A stretch of DNA of 64,000 bases from Candidatus Multivorans sp. (GTDB lineage: Bacteria; Acidobacteriota; Thermoanaerobaculia; Multivoradales; Multivoraceae). Shown here one piece after another: positions 57,800-64,000 of the stretch. The position numbers were made by a program, and so were the translations under genes. The stretch is taken from NCBI GenBank assembly GCA_965247095.1, contig OZ251997.1, positions 288,001-352,000 on the forward strand. The letters run 5' to 3'. Each line of letters opens with the position of its first letter. Within the stretch, counting starts at the first letter, position 1. The notes beneath the pieces are model-generated. The model saw only the letters and a list, made by a program, of their open reading frames with translations. It did no database searches and was not told where the DNA came from.

Positions 57800-60700
57800 C
57801 GCCGCGGTCGCTTTCGGAGGCGCCTGCGTCGCCGTCGCCGCGGCTTGCTGACGTGGGCGGCCTGGGTGGCGGGCTGCCGGCCCAGGTTCACGAACTGGTC
57901 CCACACGGTGCGGCTCCACGCCGTCAGCTTCTCGACTGTCCGGTCCACCAGGTCGTAGATCACCGGCACGACGAGCAGGGTGAGCAGCGTGGAGGTGGCC
58001 ATGCCGCCCATCGTCAGCACCGCGATCGCGGCGCGGGCCTCGGAACCGGAGGCGGTGGAGAACGCGACCGGCAGCAGGCCGCAGATCAGCGAGAGGGCGG
58101 TCATCAGCACCGGACGCAGGCGCGCCGGCCCGGCCTCGAGAATCGCCTCCCTGCGGGTACGGCCGTCCTGGCGGAGGCGGTTGATGTAGTCGATCAGGAG
58201 GATGCCGTTCTTCATCACCAGCCCCATCAGCACCAGGAGACCGATGCCGCTCAACATGTCGAGCGGCTTGCCCGAGAGCTTGAGGGCCAGGAAGGCGCCG
58301 ATGAAGGAGAGCGGCGCGGACATCATGATCGTGATCGGGTGGACCAGGGAGTTGAAGAGGGACGCCAGGACCATGTAGATCGCGGCGATCGCGAGCACGA
58401 AGGCGAAGAACAGCGAGACGCTGGTCTCCTGCAAGACCACCGTCATGCCGCTGGGCACGAGTTGGTTCGGAGCCTCGAGCCCCACCATCTGGCTGTAGTC
58501 CTCGACCCGGGCGGCAAGTTCGGACTGCGCCACGCCCTCGGCTGCGTTGGCCGCGATCGTGATCTGGCGGGAGCGATTCTGGCGGCTGATCTGGACCGCG
58601 CCTTCGCCGACCCGGATGTCGGCGACGTTGGTGATCGGGGTCAGTTGACCGGAGGCGGTGCGGATCTGGATCAGGTCCAGCTTCTCCGGGGTGTCCCGGT
58701 ACTCGGGCAGGACCTGGACGCGGACGTCGTAGCGTTCCCCGCCCTCCTCGAAAGTGCCCAGTTCCTCTCCCGCGAGCAGGGTGCGGATCGTGCGGCCGAT
58801 GACCGTTGCCTGCACCCCGAGGTCGGCGGCGCGGTCGCGGTCGACGTCGATCTTGATTTCCGGCTTGCCGGTCTCCCAACTCGTTCCGACGTCGACGAAA
58901 GCGGGATCGGAGCGCATCAGCGCCACCAGCCGGTCCGAGTAGAGCTCGAGATCCTCCATGAGCGGACCGCGCAGACTGTAGGTCACGGCGCGCGAGCCCA
59001 ACTGGTCGTCGCTTCCCGCGATCCAGTTGATCGGCGACACGGCGACCTCCTCGGCCTCGGGGATCTGCGTCAGCAGCCGCTCGCGGACCCGGTCCATGAT
59101 CGCCGCCTGGCCGAGATCGCGCTCTCGCTTGTTCGTCAACTGGACGTAGATCGAAGCTCGATGGGGCTCCTGCCGGCTGCCGCCGCCGATCGTCGCGAAA
59201 CGGTTCCGGACCTCGGGGTCGGCCGCGAGCACTTCCTCGGCGCGGCGCGCCGCCTGAGCCGTGACGGCAAGCGGGGTGCCGATCGGCATCTTCACGTCGA
59301 CGTTGAACTCGCTCCGGTCCTCGGTCACGAACAGATCGAACGGGAGCGTGGTGGCGACCAGGACTCCGCCGGCCATTGCCGCCACCGCGACGATCAGGGT
59401 GAGCAGCTTATGGCCGAGGGCGCGCCGTAGAACCTCCTGGTAGAAGCGGTCGAGGCCGTCGAGGGCCGAGCCCAGGGCACGGCTCACCGGGTCGTTTCCC
59501 TGACGCGCGGTCAGCACGCGGCTGCCGAGCATGGGCGTCAAGGTCAGGGCGAAGAGGCTCGACACGCAGACAGCGATCGCCATCACCATGCCGAACTCGT
59601 AGAACCACTGGCCGACCGTGCCGGACATGAAGGCGATCGGCACGAAGACCGCGCACTGTGCCAGGGTGGTCGAGATCACCGCCAGCGTCACTTGGCTGGC
59701 GCCCTCCTCGGCTGCCTCTCTTCGGCCCAGCCCCTGCTCGATCCGGCGGTAGATCACCTCCAGGACCACGATCGCGTCGTCGATCACGACGCCGATCGAC
59801 AGCGACAACGCCATCAGCGTCATCACGTTCAGGGTGAAGTCGGCGACGTAGAAGAAGGTAAACGACGCGATCACGGAGGAGGGGATCGCGAGCGCCGAGA
59901 TCAGGGTCGACCTGGGGTTGCGCAGGAACAGGAGCACCACGGCGACCACCAGGACGCCGCCCCAGAGCATGTTCGAGAACACGGAGTAGATCGACTCCTC
60001 GATGAACACCGCCATGTCGCGGGTGATCAGGACCTCCATGCCGGGCGGCAGGTTCGGGCGCAGGGCCTCGACTTCGGTCCGAACCGCTTCGGCGACGGCG
60101 ACCGTGTTCGCCCCGCTCCGCCGCCGCACCTCGAGCGAGACCCCGCGCTGGCCGTTGAAACGGGCCACGGACCGCTCCTCGGCCAGGCCGTCCTCGATCT
60201 TCGCCACGTCCCGCAGGTAGACCAGCCGTCCGCCGCGTTCGGCGGCGATCAGGGCGCCGAAGTCCTCGACCCGCTTGACCCGGCCGGAGGTGGTCACCGT
60301 CCACTCCCGCTCGCGCCCCTCGACGCGGCCGCCGGCGGTCTCGGCGTTCTCCAGCAGCAGGGTGGAGCGGACATCGTCGATCGAGAGCCCGTAGCCGCCG
60401 AGCCGGACCGGATCGAGCCAGATCCGCACCTCGCGGCGGCGCGAGCCGATGATCTCGATGCTGCCGACGCCTGGCAGGCGTTCCAGTCGGTCCTTGACCA
60501 TGTTCTCGGCCAGTTCGGACAGTTCGCGGACCGAGACCGGACCACCGAGCATGATCGACAGGATCGGCGTCGCGTCCGGGTCGATCTGGGTGACGACCGG
60601 ATCTTCGATGTCGAGGGGGAGCTCCGCGCGGACGGGGGCCATCTTCTCGCGCACGTGCTGCGCCTTGACGTCGATGTCGTAGCCGGTTTCGAACTCGACG

Positions 60701-60978
60701 AAGATCTGGGAGATCCCCTCCGAGGAGACCGAACTCAGTTCGCGGATGCCTTCGATCGTGTTGATCTGCTCTTCGAGGACATCGGTGACTTCGGTCTCGA
60801 CGGTCTCCGGTGAGGCCCCTTCGAGGATTGTCGTGACGGTGACGAAGGGGAACTCGACATCCGGGTTCAGGTCGACATTGAGCCGGCTCAGCGACACCAA
60901 GCCCAGCACGACCAGCGCCACGTTGAGCATCAAGGCGAAGACGGGCCTGCGGATCGAGATGAGCGGCAGGTTCAGCAT
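57796..60978 (-). CDS. RND efflux permease (AcrB/AcrD/AcrF family)
   Basis: SIRRPVFA, GASPETVE, GVVIDDAIVV, GLVMKNGILL, RLRPVLMT. Confidence 0.95.
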   Translation of the reverse strand: MLNLPLISIRRPVFALMLNVALVVLGLVSLSRLNVDLNPDVEFPFVTVTTILEGASPETVETEVTDVLEEQINTIEGIRELSSVSSEGISQIFVEFETGYDIDVKAQHVREKMAPVRAELPLDIEDPVVTQIDPDATPILSIMLGGPVSVRELSELAENMVKDRLERLPGVGSIEIIGSRRREVRIWLDPVRLGGYGLSIDDVRSTLLLENAETAGGRVEGREREWTVTTSGRVKRVEDFGALIAAERGGRLVYLRDVAKIEDGLAEERSVARFNGQRGVSLEVRRRSGANTVAVAEAVRTEVEALRPNLPPGMEVLITRDMAVFIEESIYSVFSNMLWGGVLVVAVVLLFLRNPRSTLISALAIPSSVIASFTFFYVADFTLNVMTLMALSLSIGVVIDDAIVVLEVIYRRIEQGLGRREAAEEGASQVTLAVISTTLAQCAVFVPIAFMSGTVGQWFYEFGMVMAIAVCVSSLFALTLTPMLGSRVLTARQGNDPVSRALGSALDGLDRFYQEVLRRALGHKLLTLIVAVAAMAGGVLVATTLPFDLFVTEDRSEFNVDVKMPIGTPLAVTAQAARRAEEVLAADPEVRNRFATIGGGSRQEPHRASIYVQLTNKRERDLGQAAIMDRVRERLLTQIPEAEEVAVSPINWIAGSDDQLGSRAVTYSLRGPLMEDLELYSDRLVALMRSDPAFVDVGTSWETGKPEIKIDVDRDRAADLGVQATVIGRTIRTLLAGEELGTFEEGGERYDVRVQVLPEYRDTPEKLDLIQIRTASGQLTPITNVADIRVGEGAVQISRQNRSRQITIAANAAEGVAQSELAARVEDYSQMVGLEAPNQLVPSGMTVVLQETSVSLFFAFVLAIAAIYMVLASLFNSLVHPITIMMSAPLSFIGAFLALKLSGKPLDMLSGIGLLVLMGLVMKNGILLIDYINRLRQDGRTRREAILEAGPARLRPVLMTALSLICGLLPVAFSTASGSEARAAIAVLTMGGMATSTLLTLLVVPVIYDLVDRTVEKLTAWSRTVWDQFVNLGRQPATQAAHVSKPRRRRRRRLRKRPRR

Positions 60979-60985
60979 GGCCGCC

Positions 60986-62185
60986 TCATCGTGGCTGCGG
61001 TGCGTCCGGGAGCGCGGCAGAGGGCGCCGTGTCCCCGCCGGCCGCCAGCGGCGGCGGCTCGGCGGCTTGAACCGGCGCACCGTCGGCGAGCCGGTCGATC
61101 ACCGGGCCGACGATCACCGCGTCGCCGGCTTCGACGCCGGTCCTGATCTCGACCAGGCGCGAGCCGGTGGCGCCGACCGTGACCTCGATCTGCCGGGCGC
61201 GGCCGTCCACGGTCGTGAACAGGTAGGCGCGGCCGTCGCGGTTGAGCAGGGCGGCCCGTTCGACAATCACCGCGCCGCCGCGGGTCCGCGGCCGGATCTC
61301 GGCCCGGACGAAGGCGCCCGCCTTGGCGCCCGACAGGTTGCCGGGCACTGGCGCCCGCACCCGGTAGGTCCGTGTCTCGGGGTCGATTCTGGCGTTGACC
61401 GACGCGATCGTGGACTGGATCGGCTCGGCGGCGCCCTCGACGATCAGGAGAGCCGGGTCGCCGACTCTCACCGGCGACGCCGCAGCCGCCGGCACGTCGA
61501 GTTCGGCGGAAAAACCTGTCTGTTCCTGGATCGTGACGACGACGGAGCCGGGGCCGACGATCGCGCCCTCGTGGAGCTGCCTTTCGACCACATGGGCGGT
61601 GTACGGGCTGATCACCTCCGTGCGGGTGAGGTCCTGCTCGGCGCTCTGGACCGCGGCCTGCTCCTGCTGGACACGGGCCTTGGCCACTGCGAGCAGGGTC
61701 AGTTGCTGATCGAGCCGTTGCGGCGGCGCGACCTGCTGTTCGGCCAGTCGGCGCACCCGTTCCAGTTCCTGGAGGGCCTGCGCGGCCTCGGCCTTCGCCA
61801 GCGCGAGGCCGGCGCGCGCCCGTTGCAGGTTGGTTCTGAACGGCCCCGGGTCGAGTTGGAAGACGACATCGCCGGCTGCCACTTCATCGCCGACATCGAA
61901 GTGGACGACCGAGAGCCTTCCCGCCAGCTCCGGTCCGAGTTCGGTCAGGCGCGGGGCGACAACGGAGCCGGAGGCGGTGACCAAGGCGTCGACCTGACCG
62001 CGCCGCACCCGGGTGGTCGGGGCAAGCACGCCGCTCCTGAAGATGCCCGTGCCGGTGGCCAGACTCGCGTCGGCGCTCGTGGCGCTGTCGGGCACGTCGC
62101 CGCGGCAGCCGATGCTCACCGCCACGGCAAACGTCGCTACCAGCACGATGGTTCGCTGTATGTGTTCAGGCCCCGATCGCGTCAT
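60986..62185 (-). CDS. RND periplasmic adaptor (membrane fusion protein)
   Basis: VGDEVAAGDVVFQLD, helical hairpin, EVISPYTAHV, IDPETRT; start approximate. Confidence 0.9.
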   Translation of the reverse strand: MTRSGPEHIQRTIVLVATFAVAVSIGCRGDVPDSATSADASLATGTGIFRSGVLAPTTRVRRGQVDALVTASGSVVAPRLTELGPELAGRLSVVHFDVGDEVAAGDVVFQLDPGPFRTNLQRARAGLALAKAEAAQALQELERVRRLAEQQVAPPQRLDQQLTLLAVAKARVQQEQAAVQSAEQDLTRTEVISPYTAHVVERQLHEGAIVGPGSVVVTIQEQTGFSAELDVPAAAASPVRVGDPALLIVEGAAEPIQSTIASVNARIDPETRTYRVRAPVPGNLSGAKAGAFVRAEIRPRTRGGAVIVERAALLNRDGRAYLFTTVDGRARQIEVTVGATGSRLVEIRTGVEAGDAVIVGPVIDRLADGAPVQAAEPPPLAAGGDTAPSAALPDAPQPR

Positions 62186-62290
62186 GGTCCGACTCCTGCC
62201 AAGTCGTGCGGAGTCTTGGCCGTGTCCCGGCGCCCGGGGACGGCGTCGCGTCCACGGCGTTCGAGGTGCTACGTAGCCTTCACGGTCGTA

Positions 62291-62477
62291 CCGGTTGGTA
62301 GCGCCGCCAAACCCGTCGCAGACTCCGTGTTTGGCCCCAGCCCCCACCTCACCAGGACCTTGCGCCGCAGAACCCGGGTGGCGCGATACGCGCCACCCGC
62401 GAACCAGTCCGAGCGGCCGTCATCGGGCGCACGGATGGAACTCACTCCGTTGCGTTTCTGCGGCGCAAGGTCCTGGT
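62291..62477 (-). repeat. Composite: family D repeat carrying a family A unit (62374-62441) in the loop of a 22-bp perfect inverted repeat
   Basis: ACCAGGACCTTGCGCCGCAGAA (62351-62372) / TTCTGCGGCGCAAGGTCCTGGT (62456-62477); GAAC at 62370 and 62438. Confidence 0.88.
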
Positions 62478-62575
62478 TGGTACTCTGCGGCCACCGCAAA
62501 CCGAATCATACAGCCGATGGCGGATCCGCGAGGATCCGTTGCCGTCCTGCGCAACAGTTTGGAGGTCGTTCGAAC

Positions 62576-63415
62576 ATGCACCGCGATCCACGAAGAGCCC
62601 CCGCCCCTGGTTCCCTCGTTGCCGGCCTGATCCTTGGCCTGGCTTTCGGCGCCGTGCAGCCGGTGGCCTCGGAGGACTTCGACCACGTCCACCTGACCGC
62701 GCCGGACACGATGGTGGCGGCCAAGTGGTACAACGATCTCTTCGGCGGCAAGCTCGGCAAGAGCGGGCCCTTCGACGCCGTGTTCTACGGCAACGACATC
62801 CTGAAGGTCCGCGAGGGGGCGCCGACCAGCGGCAGCGGCGGCACCTCGGTCGATCACCTCGGTTTCTCGGTCGACGACGTGGAAGCGACGCTGGAACAGT
62901 GTGAAGCGGCCGGCGGCAAGGTCGTCGGCGCCGCCCGACACGTGGAGGCGGCCGGGTTCACCTTCGGCTTCTGCGAGGACCCCTGGGGTACGCGCATCGA
63001 GGTGATCGACGACTTGGACCACGGCGGCGCGCCGGGGCTGCACCACATTCACGTCTTCTCGGGCGACGCGGTGGCGACCGCCGCCTGGTACGCGACGCAG
63101 TTCGGCGGCGAGGTCGTGCCCTTCAAGAGCTTAGCCCCCCTGCACTCGATCCTCTACGACAACGGCGGCGACGAGACCTGGCTGATCGTCAACCAGGCGC
63201 CGGGCGAACGGACCGGCACCGACGGCACGGTGGTCGATCACATCGGTTGGCACACTACTGACTACGATCCGTGGCTCGAGCGGTTGCGTGCGAACGGCGT
63301 GAAGTTCGTCGTCGAGCCGCGGGAGCTGGAGGACGGCCACCGGATCGCCTTCATCGAGGGGCCGGACGGCACGAAGATCGAGGTGGTCGAGCTGCTTGAA
63401 GGAGGGGCTCCTTGA
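62576..63415 (+). CDS. Exported VOC/glyoxalase family protein
   Basis: Signal peptide, FDHVHL, DHLGFSVDD, EDPWGTRIEV, HHIH, EGPDGTKIEV. Confidence 0.88.
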   Translation: MHRDPRRAPAPGSLVAGLILGLAFGAVQPVASEDFDHVHLTAPDTMVAAKWYNDLFGGKLGKSGPFDAVFYGNDILKVREGAPTSGSGGTSVDHLGFSVDDVEATLEQCEAAGGKVVGAARHVEAAGFTFGFCEDPWGTRIEVIDDLDHGGAPGLHHIHVFSGDAVATAAWYATQFGGEVVPFKSLAPLHSILYDNGGDETWLIVNQAPGERTGTDGTVVDHIGWHTTDYDPWLERLRANGVKFVVEPRELEDGHRIAFIEGPDGTKIEVVELLEGGAP

Positions 63416-64000
63416 CGCGGAGGCTGAACCTGGATCGCGGTTGCCGGTGGGTGCGGGTGCGGCTGCTTGCCGCCATCGCCGCGGCGCCCGCGGTTGCCGT
63501 CGCACCGCTCGGGGCACAGGAGACGGCTGCGCCGGTTGAGCCGGCGCGGTTCCACCACATCCACCTCAACGCAACGGACGTCGAGCGTTCGATCGATTTC
63601 TACCGCGGCACCTTCGGCGCGTTGCCGATCGAGTTCCGGGGCGCGGCGGACGCCGTGTTCACGGAGCGATCCTTCATCCTCTTCAACGAGGTGGCGGAGG
63701 CGCCCGGCGGCAGCCAGGAGAGCGGCATCTGGCACTTCGGCTGGGGCGGCGTTGATGTGCCGAACGAGTACAAGTGGCTGGTGTCCCGCGGCGTCGACAT
63801 CCACACGCCGATCTACCGCCTGGGCCGGGGGCAGTTTATCTACGTCAACGGCCCCGACCGCGAGATGATCGAAGTGAACACGATGGGCCATCACCGCTTC
63901 GCCCACGTTCACCTGTTCGCCGTCGACGTCAACGAGACCGCGTCATGGTACGAGCAGACCTTCGGGCTGCGCGCGGGGCGCAGCGCGGACGGCAACCCGC
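63412..64000 (+). CDS. Second exported VOC family protein (runs off the window; absent from the ORF track)
   Basis: TTG overlaps the previous stop; reads ...AQETAAPVEPARFHHIHLNATDVERSIDFY...IWHFGWG...YVNGPDREMIEV...FAHVHL. Confidence 0.82.
   Translation, partial: MTRRLNLDRGCRWVRVRLLAAIAAAPAVAVAPLGAQETAAPVEPARFHHIHLNATDVERSIDFYRGTFGALPIEFRGAADAVFTERSFILFNEVAEAPGGSQESGIWHFGWGGVDVPNEYKWLVSRGVDIHTPIYRLGRGQFIYVNGPDREMIEVNTMGHHRFAHVHLFAVDVNETASWYEQTFGLRAGRSADGNP

Noticed and set aside
62351-62477. Stand-alone MITE defined by 22-bp TIRs
   Set aside because: Homology with 20917-21027 extends about 60 bp beyond the left arm and there is no flanking direct repeat, so the inverted repeat is an internal stem of family D.

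Overview
High-GC bacterial chromosomal segment with about 55 genes and no rRNA, tRNA, CRISPR array, transposase or integrase. The gene mix (TonB-receptor remnant, PQQ-like propellers, Planctomycete-type multiheme protein) would fit an Acidobacteriota-like heterotroph, but this is inference only. Content: acyl-CoA/lipid metabolism (two CaiB/BaiF CoA transferases, CoA Nudix hydrolase, acyl-CoA ligases, enoyl-CoA hydratase, thiolase-like protein, single-chain biotin carboxylase); a PHA cluster (phaR divergent from phasin-like, small subunit and phaC genes, with an SDR and a MaoC hydratase); ctaA plus a frameshifted ctaB; ugd plus UDP-glucuronate decarboxylase; modABC; MFS and RND transporters; an M16 protease; a pentaheme protein; three VapBC toxin-antitoxin pairs; and a solo ATPase-TOPRIM (OLD-like) gene between two collapsed pseudogenes. 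The most notable signal is non-coding: four families of short palindromic repeats (A-D). Family A is a 68-69 bp two-hairpin unit bracketed by G(A/C)AC tetranucleotides. Deleting it in silico restores three plausible empty sites (a gene 3' end, a family C repeat, a family D repeat), and it also occurs as a tandem dimer, which is compatible with a non-autonomous HUH/rolling-circle-type element. Family B is a 61 bp MITE-like unit bounded by CTAG/CTAA, and one family C copy sits in-frame inside modC. All alignments and coordinates were read by eye.
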